A stretch of DNA of 64,000 nucleotides from Chitinophagaceae bacterium (GTDB lineage Bacteria; Bacteroidota; Bacteroidia; Chitinophagales; Chitinophagaceae), in the NCBI GenBank assembly GCA_036675565.1, contig JAKFER010000047.1, forward strand, positions 105,756 through 169,755, in the 5' to 3' direction. Made by a program: the position numbers and the translations under genes. Of this stretch, positions 38,171-46,491 are shown in pieces. The notes under the pieces are model-generated. The model searched no databases. It had not been told where the DNA came from and saw only the letters and a list, made by a program, of their open reading frames with translations. Position 1 is the first letter of the stretch. Each line of letters opens with the position of its first letter.

Positions 38171-41100
38171 TTAAAAATTTAAATTAAGGCCTGCTGAATA
38201 AACTGCGGGTACAGGATAGGTTCCATTATCTATTCCAAATGCGGTTGCACTACCACCAATTTCCGGTGTATAACCAGTATTGTTGGCAAATGTTGCAAGG
38301 TTTTGAGCATTTAAATAAATACGCAATGATTTTATTCCAACACTACTTAACATGTTTTGTCCAAATGTGTACCCTAACTGTAAATTCCGGATTCTGAAGA
38401 AACTGCCATCTTCAATATTATAAGTTGAATTTTGGTAGTTATTGGCTCTTCTTGTACTTAAAATAGGTTCCCAGTTAGATGAACCAGGACCATTCCATCG
38501 GTCAATCCGCTGTTCCAGGTAATTAAAATCAGCAAATGTACCCTGTGTCCATGCCCTGAAAATCTCATTTCCATAAACGCCTTGCATATCAACACCGATA
38601 TCAAAACCTTTATAGTTGAAGGAGATACTACCACCATAAATAAAATCTGGTGTAGGGTTTCCTATTAATGTTCTGTCATCAACTGTAATTTCACCATCAC
38701 CATTGATGTCTCTGTATTTTATATCACCCGCAGAAACGGCACCGATTTGACTGGTAGGACTTTTGGTTACTTCTGTATTTGATTGATAAATTCCATCATG
38801 TACATAACCGTAGAAATAACCTATCGGAAAACCAGCAGTTGTTCTTGCAGCACCGTTGATAATGGCAAAACCTGTTTTGTTAAGCCTGGTTACATTATTT
38901 TTTATCGTGGTAAGGTTTCCGGAAATTGAATATCCAAAATCTTCATTTATATCCTCGTTCCAGCTAGCTGTAAATTCAAAACCTTTGTTTTCAATTTCTC
39001 CCAGGTTTCCTAATCCGGGCAATGTTCCGGAAGGACCTTCAATTAAAGTAAGTACATCCTTGGTTACTTTATTATAATAATTGGCCTCAAAGAATAGCCT
39101 GTTGTTGAAAGTATTCAGCTCAAATCCAAATTCATAGCTATGAACTGTTTCCCAGTTTAAGTTTGGATCTGGAATATACTGGGGTTCTAAAGCGGCAACT
39201 ACATTATTTCCAAAAACACCAGAATTTGCATTAGTCAACGTAGGATAAGCAGGGTACCTGTAACGGTCATCAATATTCTTATTTCCTAAAATACCCCATG
39301 AGCCTTTTAGTTTCAGGTAGTCCAGGAATTCCTGGTCTCCAAAAAAATCTTCCTTGCTGATAACCCAACCAACTCCAATTGCTCCAAAATTTTTCCATTG
39401 GTTGCCTAGAGAATAAAACTGGCTGCTTCCATCTCTTCTAAAAGAAGCATTCAATAAATATTTGCCCTCATAATTATATAATGCTCTTGCTAAATAAGAA
39501 AGCGATGCATCTTCCCAGGCACTTCCTGATCCAAGTTTTGTAGATGGATCTCCAACTGCATCCACATACCATTTATCTGGATTGTTTGGAATTATCTGGG
39601 AAGTTCCTTGTTGAACAGAAGAATTTGTTCCTTCAAATGCCCTGTAGTATGTAGTAACACCACCCAACACAGTCAGATCATGCCCGCCAAATTTCTTTTT
39701 GTAGGTAAGCAAATAATCCATCTGTGTTTTAGGATATATATCCTGGCTTTGATTAACAGATGTGGTTCTGCGTGTTGTATCTCTTTTGTCAGCCCCAACA
39801 ATTTCAGGGTTAAAAACTGATAAAATTGGCGCATAGCTCCTGGAAGTGTTGAAGCCATAATCGGCGAATAACTGAACGCGGAAATTAAAGTTTCTCAAAA
39901 AATTTACATCGCCATAAATGCTACCCACAGCCCGGTATTCCCTGGCAATTAATGTATTTTTTTCTGATTCAACATTTACCAAAGGATTAAAAACCTGGGC
40001 TCTTTGAAATGAAGGTAGTGTATGGTATAACCCGGTCGTTGGGTCTAAAACCGGTGCAATAGGTGCGGCCCTGATGGCAGATCCCACACTTCTTTCCTGT
40101 GGCATTTCGGCCCGGTATGCATTCATTGTGATGCCGAATTTTAATCCCCTTGTCACCCTTAATTCATCACTAAAATTGAGCGTATATTTTTTGTATTGTT
40201 CATGTTTGATGATTCCTTCTTCATTTATATAACCCAAGCCCAGGTAGAAACGATTTTTTTCTGTGGCCCCTGTTATACTGATATTGTTATAATTAATTAT
40301 TGCATCCTGGAAAATTTCATCCTGCCAATCTGTATTAGCATTCCACAACGTATAATCAAAAGCATTTGCTCCCTGGTTAATGAGCTGTTCGGTATATAAT
40401 TCTTTAAACTGCGCTGCATTTGTCATTTGAATTTTATCCTGGACTTTTTTAACACCAATGGAGGTATTGAAATTCACCAGCATTTGACCCGCTTTTGCCT
40501 TTTTGGTAGTAATTGCAATAGCACCATTGGCACCACGTACTCCAAAAATCGCTAATGAAGAAGGATCTTTCAAAACTTCAATAGATTCAATATCAGCCGG
40601 ATTTAAAAAGTTGATGTTGTCATTCAGGATACCATCTACTATATAAACCGGTTTCACACCATTAATGGTATTTGTACCCCGAATACGAATATCTGGTTCT
40701 GCACCCGGGCGTCCTGAATTTACAACAGACAGACCTGCTACTTTACCTTGCAATAAACCTAATGGATTTGCTGATGGCTTATTGGCAATTTCTTCACCTT
40801 TGATGGTAACGATAGAACCAGTAAGATCTCTTTTAGCAGCAGTACCATATCCAATTACAACCACAGCGTCCATCGCTAAAGAAGAAGGAAGCAGCGTAAT
40901 ATCAAGTGATGTCCTTCCTGCCAGGGCAACTTCCTGTGTTTCGTAACCCACATAAGAAAATACAAGGGTTACATTTGTATTTTCCACATCAATCGAAAAT
41001 TTTCCTTCCGCATTGGTTGTAGTCCCGGTGGTTGTTCCTTTAACCTGAACGGATACTCCACTGAGTGGCATGGCGCCATCCCCCAGTACCGTACCGGTAA

Positions 41101-41485
41101 TTAATTCAAATATTTTTTTATTTGCTACTTCCCCTTCCCTGATCACCACCAGGTTGTTCTGCATTACAGTATATGTGAGTGATTTATTTTTAAAAAGGAG
41201 GTTTAAAACATCCATAACTTCTGCATTTATTACAGAAATGGCTGTTTTTTCTTTTATGCCTTTAATGTTTTCGTTATACAGAAAACGAAAATCAGTTTGT
41301 CCTTCAATATCGGCTAAAACCTTATTTATTGAAGTGCTTTTGTAGTTCAGGTTTACTTTGCTTTGTCCAAAGCCTGTTGCTGAAACATTTAAAACAAGCA
41401 ACAATATAAATATCCCTGTCAGGTTTACAATGCGTAAAGCCCTTGACATGGATGCTGCAGGATTTTTCATTAAAAAAAATTTCAT
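38171..41485 (-). CDS. SusC/RagA TonB-dependent transporter with an STN signalling extension
   Basis: STN-like region (INKVLADIEGQTDFRFLY), CarbopepD_reg-like domain (ITGTVLGD..GVSVQVKGT), barrel, and C-terminal GLNLNF. Likely start is the ATG at 41485 (or 41470). Confidence 0.9.
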   Translation of the reverse strand: MKFFLMKNPAASMSRALRIVNLTGIFILLLVLNVSATGFGQSKVNLNYKSTSINKVLADIEGQTDFRFLYNENIKGIKEKTAISVINAEVMDVLNLLFKNKSLTYTVMQNNLVVIREGEVANKKIFELITGTVLGDGAMPLSGVSVQVKGTTTGTTTNAEGKFSIDVENTNVTLVFSYVGYETQEVALAGRTSLDITLLPSSLAMDAVVVIGYGTAAKRDLTGSIVTIKGEEIANKPSANPLGLLQGKVAGLSVVNSGRPGAEPDIRIRGTNTINGVKPVYIVDGILNDNINFLNPADIESIEVLKDPSSLAIFGVRGANGAIAITTKKAKAGQMLVNFNTSIGVKKVQDKIQMTNAAQFKELYTEQLINQGANAFDYTLWNANTDWQDEIFQDAIINYNNISITGATEKNRFYLGLGYINEEGIIKHEQYKKYTLNFSDELRVTRGLKFGITMNAYRAEMPQERSVGSAIRAAPIAPVLDPTTGLYHTLPSFQRAQVFNPLVNVESEKNTLIAREYRAVGSIYGDVNFLRNFNFRVQLFADYGFNTSRSYAPILSVFNPEIVGADKRDTTRRTTSVNQSQDIYPKTQMDYLLTYKKKFGGHDLTVLGGVTTYYRAFEGTNSSVQQGTSQIIPNNPDKWYVDAVGDPSTKLGSGSAWEDASLSYLARALYNYEGKYLLNASFRRDGSSQFYSLGNQWKNFGAIGVGWVISKEDFFGDQEFLDYLKLKGSWGILGNKNIDDRYRYPAYPTLTNANSGVFGNNVVAALEPQYIPDPNLNWETVHSYEFGFELNTFNNRLFFEANYYNKVTKDVLTLIEGPSGTLPGLGNLGEIENKGFEFTASWNEDINEDFGYSISGNLTTIKNNVTRLNKTGFAIINGAARTTAGFPIGYFYGYVHDGIYQSNTEVTKSPTSQIGAVSAGDIKYRDINGDGEITVDDRTLIGNPTPDFIYGGSISFNYKGFDIGVDMQGVYGNEIFRAWTQGTFADFNYLEQRIDRWNGPGSSNWEPILSTRRANNYQNSTYNIEDGSFFRIRNLQLGYTFGQNMLSSVGIKSLRIYLNAQNLATFANNTGYTPEIGGSATAFGIDNGTYPVPAVYSAGLNLNF

Positions 41486-41639
41486 ATGTTTATTTTTATT
41501 GCTTTTAATTGTCATATGCAATTTGCCATGAGGGATTGTGATTGATATTCCTCTTATATTATTGCTCATTTCATATGAATTAATTGAGTTGATTAACCAA
41601 AAAATAGCGGTTTAATTAAGATTTTATCCATATTCTGTT

Positions 41640-42725
41640 TTATGGGGCACTGATAAAAACTTCATTTGATTCATTTATTTGAAATTTAAAAGGTTCCGCA
41701 ATTTGAAGAGCAGTTAGTGCCTGGTTGATTGTTTCATTTTCAAATGAACCATTGAAACTGAGCGATTTTACGTGGTCGTCAGTAAAAATAATTTTTACAT
41801 CAAACCATCTTTCCATTTTCCTGGCTAGTTGATCAAATTTATCTCCGCGAAAAATTAAGCGATTATAAATCCAGGCTGTTTCTGAAAGGTCAGTGTTTTT
41901 AAGGGCAGAATCGATTGTAGAAATAAAATAACTCTTTTCGAAGACAGTCAATGTATTATTAGTGCTGCCTGAAACTTGATTTTTCTCAGAATAAATTTGC
42001 TTGGCAACCATAATTTTTTGATTGGGTTTTATCCGGATAGGCACCCGGTCTCCCAATCTTTTTAATTCTACTTCTCCTTGCAATAAAGTGGTTTCCACAA
42101 CTTCGTCTCCCGGGTATGATCTCACTGTGAAACGGGTACCTAAAACATTGATGTCAATGTTGTCAGCATGTACTATGAAGGGCCTTTGCTCATCACGGAT
42201 TATATCAAAATATCCTTCACCTGTTAATGTCACTTCTCTTAGTGTATCGGAAAACTGGTTATAGGTAAGTAAAGAACCTGCATTTAAAAATACAACAGAT
42301 CCATCCGGTAGTTGTGATTTAATGCGACTTCCATTGGGCGCCTCAATTACCTTAGCCGAATTAATGCGAATTGGTTGAAAAGATTTAAATACGGTTAAGA
42401 GAAAAAAACCAACACCTGCAATGCACGCAACTGCAAACCAGGTAATAATTTTTCTTTTTTTTATGTTGCGAACCCTTTGTTCAAATAATGCAAGGTCTTT
42501 ATCTTCATTTGAAATAGATAACCCGCTGATTATTTCATTTTCTTTCTCAAATAAGTTTATAAATTGGGGTGATGATGTTTGCCAAAGGCTCAGCATAACA
42601 TCATATTGTTGTTGTAGCGCAGGATTTTGGGATAATAAATTATTGAATGTGGCGACTTCCAATTCAGTTGCTTCACCGCTTATATTGCGGGCCATTAAAT
42701 GCCATATTTTATTTTGATCAGTCAA
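41640..42725 (-). CDS. FecR-family anti-sigma factor
   Basis: N-terminal ARNISGEATELE motif, one TM segment and a FecR/DUF4974 architecture. The track start at 42725 is a TTG; an alternative ATG lies at 42695. Confidence 0.85.
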   Translation of the reverse strand: MTDQNKIWHLMARNISGEATELEVATFNNLLSQNPALQQQYDVMLSLWQTSSPQFINLFEKENEIISGLSISNEDKDLALFEQRVRNIKKRKIITWFAVACIAGVGFFLLTVFKSFQPIRINSAKVIEAPNGSRIKSQLPDGSVVFLNAGSLLTYNQFSDTLREVTLTGEGYFDIIRDEQRPFIVHADNIDINVLGTRFTVRSYPGDEVVETTLLQGEVELKRLGDRVPIRIKPNQKIMVAKQIYSEKNQVSGSTNNTLTVFEKSYFISTIDSALKNTDLSETAWIYNRLIFRGDKFDQLARKMERWFDVKIIFTDDHVKSLSFNGSFENETINQALTALQIAEPFKFQINESNEVFISAP

Positions 42726-42866
42726 GGTTGGTCATGGTCTGTCTTAAAGGGACAGTTTTTTAAAGCATATCTACTAAAGAAAAAAAATATTTTTTTACGT
42801 AGGTTTTTGAAATGCCAGGAAGAACTAATTCAATAGCTGGGAATGCAGGTTATTGCAACGATCTAT

Positions 42867-43454
42867 TTACAAGGATTTCCGGGTGAGCTGAAAACGAAAA
42901 CTTTTTTGTTTTTCAACTTGTAATGATTGGCAAATTCTTTTAACGGCGATGGCCATTTGAACATCGATCGTATTTACAGAAATGTTCAATATCTGTGATA
43001 CCTCTTTGTACTTTAAACCATCTTCTCTAACTAGTTTAAAGATCATTTTGCAACGTGCCGGTAGATCGTTGACAGCTTTATGCATTCGTTGCAGCATCTC
43101 ATTGGTGATCATCTGGTCGTGTGGATTTTCAACTTTATTGTCAATTTCAAAATCCAGGAAATCGTAAGGAGCGGTTACCAGTGCTTTGGCCTTGCGGGAA
43201 AGTTCGTTTAAAGAGCGGTTTTTAACCGAAACATATAAATAAACGGGAAGGTTTTCAATTTTTGATATGCTATCCCGGTTATTCCATAAGGACACAAAAA
43301 TATCTTCAACAATTTCTTCGGCTATTTCACGGTTATGTATAATAGTATATGAAAAACGGCAAAGTTTATATTGAAACAAGCTATAAAGTTTGGCAAAAGC
43401 CTTTTGATCGCCTATTGCAATATTAGATTGTATAGCTTGAGTGCAATCGTTCAT
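42867..43454 (-). CDS. ECF-type RNA polymerase sigma-70 factor
   Basis: Region 2 (EEIVEDIFVSLW) and region 4 HTH (LKYKEVSQILNISVNTIDVQ). It is divergent from paaA. Confidence 0.85.
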   Translation of the reverse strand: MNDCTQAIQSNIAIGDQKAFAKLYSLFQYKLCRFSYTIIHNREIAEEIVEDIFVSLWNNRDSISKIENLPVYLYVSVKNRSLNELSRKAKALVTAPYDFLDFEIDNKVENPHDQMITNEMLQRMHKAVNDLPARCKMIFKLVREDGLKYKEVSQILNISVNTIDVQMAIAVKRICQSLQVEKQKSFRFQLTRKSL

Positions 43455-43613
43455 AGCAACTAACCAGGTTTAAAAAACAAAGCCTTAATTGCAAGGTAAC
43501 AACTTAGCAAATAAAATGTTTAAAAGGTTTCTGTTGTTTTCAATTGCTTTAAATAAATCCCAACGCTAATGAAATGATTTGAAATTTAGCCTTTCCCTGC
43601 CTGAACTTTATCG

Positions 43614-43621
43614 TAAATTTG
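43614..43621 (+). promoter_or_regulatory. Candidate TAnnTTTG -7 box for paaA
   Basis: TAAATTTG lies 21 nt upstream of the ATG at 43642. Confidence 0.3.
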
Positions 43622-43641
43622 ATACCTGTAAATTGCGTCAT

Positions 43642-44577
43642 ATGGAACAAGAATTATTCGATCAGAAACTTGATAAAGAGATCCGCATTGAGCCGCGAGA
43701 CTGGATGCCGGAAAAATATCGTCAGACTTTGATACGCCAGGTAAGCCAGCATGCACATAGTGAAATAGTTGGAATGTTACCAGAGGGCAACTGGATCAGC
43801 CGGGCTCCTTCTTTAAAAAGAAAACAAATATTAATAGCGAAAGTGCAGGATGAAGCTGGTCATGGGCTCTACTTATATTCCGCTGCTGAAACGCTGGGTA
43901 TCAGTCGTGATGAGATGATTGATCAATTACATTCTGGGAAGGCAAAATATTCATCCATTTTTAATTATCCTGCAACTACCTGGGCGGATATGGGAGCGAT
44001 AGGCTGGTTGGTTGATGGTGCTGCCATTATGAACCAGGTTCCTCTTTGCCGTGCATCTTACGGACCATATAGCCGTGCAATGATCCGCATTTGTAAAGAA
44101 GAAAGTTTTCACCAGCGCCAGGGTTTTGAAATATTATTAATGTTATGCCAGGGCAGTCCTGAACAAAAAGCAATGGCGCAGGATGCATTCAATAGATGGT
44201 GGTGGCCAAGCCTGATGATGTTTGGTCCGCACGATAGTGATTCCCCCCATACCGAACAAAGTATGCAATGGAAGATCAAGCGTTTCAGCAACGATGAATT
44301 AAGACAACGATTTGTAGATATGATCGCCGAACAGGCAAACGTTCTTGGACTCACAGTTCCGGATCCCGATCTGAAATGGAACGAAGAGCGAAAGCATTAT
44401 GATTTTGGTGAAATTAACTGGGACGAATTCTGGAACGTGGTAAAAGGTAATGGTCCCTGTAATAAGGAACGTCTTACTGCCCGTCGTAATGCACATGAAG
44501 AAGGTGCATGGGTGCGGGAAGCTGCAGTAGCATATGCTGAAAAAAGAGCCATGCGGCAAAAACAGAACGCAGCGTGA
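43642..44577 (+). CDS. paaA: 1,2-phenylacetyl-CoA epoxidase catalytic subunit PaaA
   Basis: Colinear with E. coli PaaA from [61 protein letters not shown] at 43642; the track start at 43579 is a TTG extension. Confidence 0.95.
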   Translation: MEQELFDQKLDKEIRIEPRDWMPEKYRQTLIRQVSQHAHSEIVGMLPEGNWISRAPSLKRKQILIAKVQDEAGHGLYLYSAAETLGISRDEMIDQLHSGKAKYSSIFNYPATTWADMGAIGWLVDGAAIMNQVPLCRASYGPYSRAMIRICKEESFHQRQGFEILLMLCQGSPEQKAMAQDAFNRWWWPSLMMFGPHDSDSPHTEQSMQWKIKRFSNDELRQRFVDMIAEQANVLGLTVPDPDLKWNEERKHYDFGEINWDEFWNVVKGNGPCNKERLTARRNAHEEGAWVREAAVAYAEKRAMRQKQNAA

Positions 44578-44719
44578 GTAGTTGGATGGTTGAATGGTTG
44601 TTAAGTTTGAATGTCCAAGTTGGAATTAGGGTATTGGGAATTTGGAATTGGGCTTACAATTAGTCAAATGGTTAATGTATTAAACTAAGCACTAAACTCT
44701 AAACCCTAAACAAATTAAA
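44578..44719 (+). repeat. Composite intergenic repeat, copy A (GGTTGA-rich block, tandem TGGAATT repeats, CTAAAC-type A/C-rich block) filling the paaA-paaB spacer
   Basis: GTAGTTGGATGGTTGAATGGTTGTTAAGTTT...GTTGGAATTAGGGTATTGGGAATTTGGAATTGGG...AATTAGT...GTATTAAACTAAGCACTAAACTCTAAACCCTAAAC shares its block order with 56955-57124. Confidence 0.6.
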
Positions 44720-44833
44720 ATGAGGAATCTTTTAAAAAAATATTATTACGGTGATTATGATGCCATAGAAGGTGGTGGTTTACCAAATGATTCAGAGAAA
44801 AAAGTTGATAAAAACGCTGTTTCTTTAACGCCA

Positions 44834-45127
44834 ATGGTAAGTGGTTCAACGGCCTGGCCACTATGGGAAGTTTTTATTCGCAGCAAACAAGGCCTGGATC
44901 ATAAACATGCAGGTAGTTTGCATGCTGCCGATGCTGCAATGGCTATTGAAAATGCACGGGATGTGTACACACGCCGTCAGGAAGGTGTAAGTATCTGGGT
45001 GGTTGAAAGCAAACATATCCACGCCACCAATCCTGATGATGCCGAAAGTTTTTATGAGCCCGCAAACGACAAGGTTTATCGTCATCCAACATTTTATGAT
45101 TTACCTGATGAAGTGAAGCATATGTAA
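44834..45127 (+). CDS. paaB: 1,2-phenylacetyl-CoA epoxidase subunit PaaB
   Basis: MVSGSTAWPLWEVFIRSKQGL.HKHAGSLHAAD...VYRHPTFY aligns from residue 1 of E. coli PaaB. The ORF is open back to the ATG at 44720 (a 38-aa extension of uncertain reality). Confidence 0.9.
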   Translation: MVSGSTAWPLWEVFIRSKQGLDHKHAGSLHAADAAMAIENARDVYTRRQEGVSIWVVESKHIHATNPDDAESFYEPANDKVYRHPTFYDLPDEVKHM

Positions 45128-45133
45128 CTGATG

Positions 45134-45168
45134 TTGGAATTGGGGATTTGGAATTTGGAATTGGGTGG
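45134..45168 (+). repeat. Left TGGAATT tandem-repeat arm
   Basis: GTTGGAATTGGGGATTTGGAATTTGGAATTGGGTGG: four units with a 7-8-nt period. Confidence 0.7.
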
Positions 45169-45192
45169 TGAAATTCACAAAAACTTTAGGCG

Positions 45193-45209
45193 TTTGAATA
45201 GTATTCAAA
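45193..45209. promoter_or_regulatory. Perfect 8+1+8 palindrome upstream of the four-helix-bundle gene
   Basis: TTTGAATA-G-TATTCAAA, 16 nt upstream of the ATG at 45225. Confidence 0.3.
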
Positions 45210-45224
45210 TTAATTAATTAAAAA

Positions 45225-45619
45225 ATGCCCGCATCAAATTCATATAAAGGTTTTAAGGATTTAGACTGCTGGAAAAAAGGCAGAGAATTAAGAAATATAA
45301 TTTCAGCGTTGGTGAAAAAATTCCCACCTGAAGAAAAGTATCAACTGGTGTCACAAATGATTCGATCCCGTCGTTCTGTTACAAACAATATGGCCGAAGG
45401 TTATGGAAGGTTTACGTATACTGATACCCGGCATTTTTTTATCCAGGCTAGGGGTTCAGTTACTGAAATAATCGATCATTTGGTAATTGCGCTTGATGAA
45501 AATATATCTCAAAAGAAGATTTTTCCGCAATAGAGATTATGTGTGAATCCGTATTTAAATTAATAAATGGCTATATCAATTATTTAGATAAACAAAATAA
45601 AGAATCATATCCTCAATAG
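45225..45619 (+). pseudogene. Four-helix-bundle protein gene (23S rRNA intervening-sequence protein / DGR Avd family, PF05635), disrupted by a 1-nt frameshift
   Basis: Frame 0 gives ...FKDLDCWKKGRELRNII..KFPPEEKYQLVSQMIRS..S.TNNMAEGYGRF...ARGS..E and stops at 45533. The family-typical C-terminus (KEDFSAIEIMCESVFKLINGYINYLDKQ) continues in another frame to 45619. One extra A in the A4 run at 45511-45514 restores a ~130-aa ORF. Confidence 0.75.
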
Positions 45620-45644
45620 ATTTTTTAAGTTGGTCTTTAAAAAT

Positions 45645-45672
45645 AATTCCTAATTCCCAATCCCAAATTCCT
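45645..45672 (-). repeat. Right TGGAATT tandem-repeat arm (inverted)
   Basis: Plus strand reads AATTCCTAATTCCCAATCCCAAATTCCT; the reverse complement is AGGAATTTGGGATTGGGAATTAGGAATT. It ends 1 nt before the paaC ATG (G45673 intervenes). Confidence 0.7.
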
Positions 45673-45673
45673 G

Positions 45674-46483
45674 ATGCAATCATATCAACTCTTTACCCAC
45701 TCTCTTCACCTCGCCGACAATGCTTTGATCCTTTCCCAGCGAAATAGTGAATGGTGTGGCCATGGACCGGTGCTGGAACAAGACATAGCTATTACCAATA
45801 TTTCACTCGACTTACTGGGACAAGCCAAGAACTTTTACGCCTATGCCGCGGAATTGTACAATGGTTTTTCGGATGATGAAAAAAATGCGGCTGACCATGT
45901 TATTCCAAGGCCATGGAAAAATTATGGAAGAGAGATTAATGAAGATGATCTTGCTTTTTTGCGGGATGAAAATCAATACCTTAATTTTTTAATGCTTGAA
46001 TTGCCCAGAGGAGATTGGGCGTTTACAACTTTGCGTCAATTCCTTTTCAGTGCCTGGCAATTTGATTTGTATACGAATTTGATGAAAAGTCCGGACGCAA
46101 CTATTGCAGCCATTGCAGATAAATCGCTTAAAGAAGTGACTTACCATTTGCGCTGGAGCAGTGAGTGGGTTATTCGTCTGGGTGATGGTACAGATGAAAG
46201 TCATGCCCGTATGCAAAAAGCTGTTGATGATCTTTGGATGTATACCGGGGAAATGTTTGAACCTTTTATGGATCAATCTTTGGTTCTGGGACTCGATTCA
46301 AAAGTTCTGCAGCAGTCCTGGTTCAGCCGCGTAAAAGATATTTTTGACGAAGCTACCCTGAACATGCCTGTTAGTGGATGGATGCAAACAGGTGGAACGA
46401 GTGGCAGGCATACGGAACACCTTGGATATATATTGGCAGAGATGCAATACCTGCAAAGAACTTTTCCAAACGCAACCTGGTAA
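45674..46483 (+). CDS. paaC: 1,2-phenylacetyl-CoA epoxidase structural subunit PaaC
   Basis: LADNALILSQRNSEWCGHGP.LEQDIA..NI.LD..GQA is typical PaaC/PaaI-oxygenase; the gene follows paaB and precedes paaD. Confidence 0.9.
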   Translation: MQSYQLFTHSLHLADNALILSQRNSEWCGHGPVLEQDIAITNISLDLLGQAKNFYAYAAELYNGFSDDEKNAADHVIPRPWKNYGREINEDDLAFLRDENQYLNFLMLELPRGDWAFTTLRQFLFSAWQFDLYTNLMKSPDATIAAIADKSLKEVTYHLRWSSEWVIRLGDGTDESHARMQKAVDDLWMYTGEMFEPFMDQSLVLGLDSKVLQQSWFSRVKDIFDEATLNMPVSGWMQTGGTSGRHTEHLGYILAEMQYLQRTFPNATW

Positions 46484-46491
46484 TTTTTTAA

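Larger units (their letters stand above)
45128..45673 (+). mobile_element. Candidate IVS-like or MITE-like cassette: a four-helix-bundle gene flanked by inverted TGGAATT-repeat arms, inserted between paaB and paaC
   Basis: The arms at 45134-45168 and 45645-45672 are mutually reverse-complementary (best register 15/16). The cassette exactly fills the space from the paaB stop (45127) to the paaC ATG (45674). No transposase is present. Confidence 0.4.

Noticed and set aside
3404-43454. Calling the 40-kb minus-strand PUL block a genomic island or ICE
   Set aside because: There is no integrase, transposase, tRNA target, conjugation gene or flanking direct repeat visible at either boundary, and I cannot compute compositional deviation here. 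It is reported only as a rearrangement or insertion hypothesis.
45134-45672. Could the TGGAATT arrays be a CRISPR array?
   Set aside because: The repeat unit is only 7-8 nt, with no spacers between units. The arrays are 30-40 nt long and there are no cas genes. They are tandem micro-repeats, not CRISPR.
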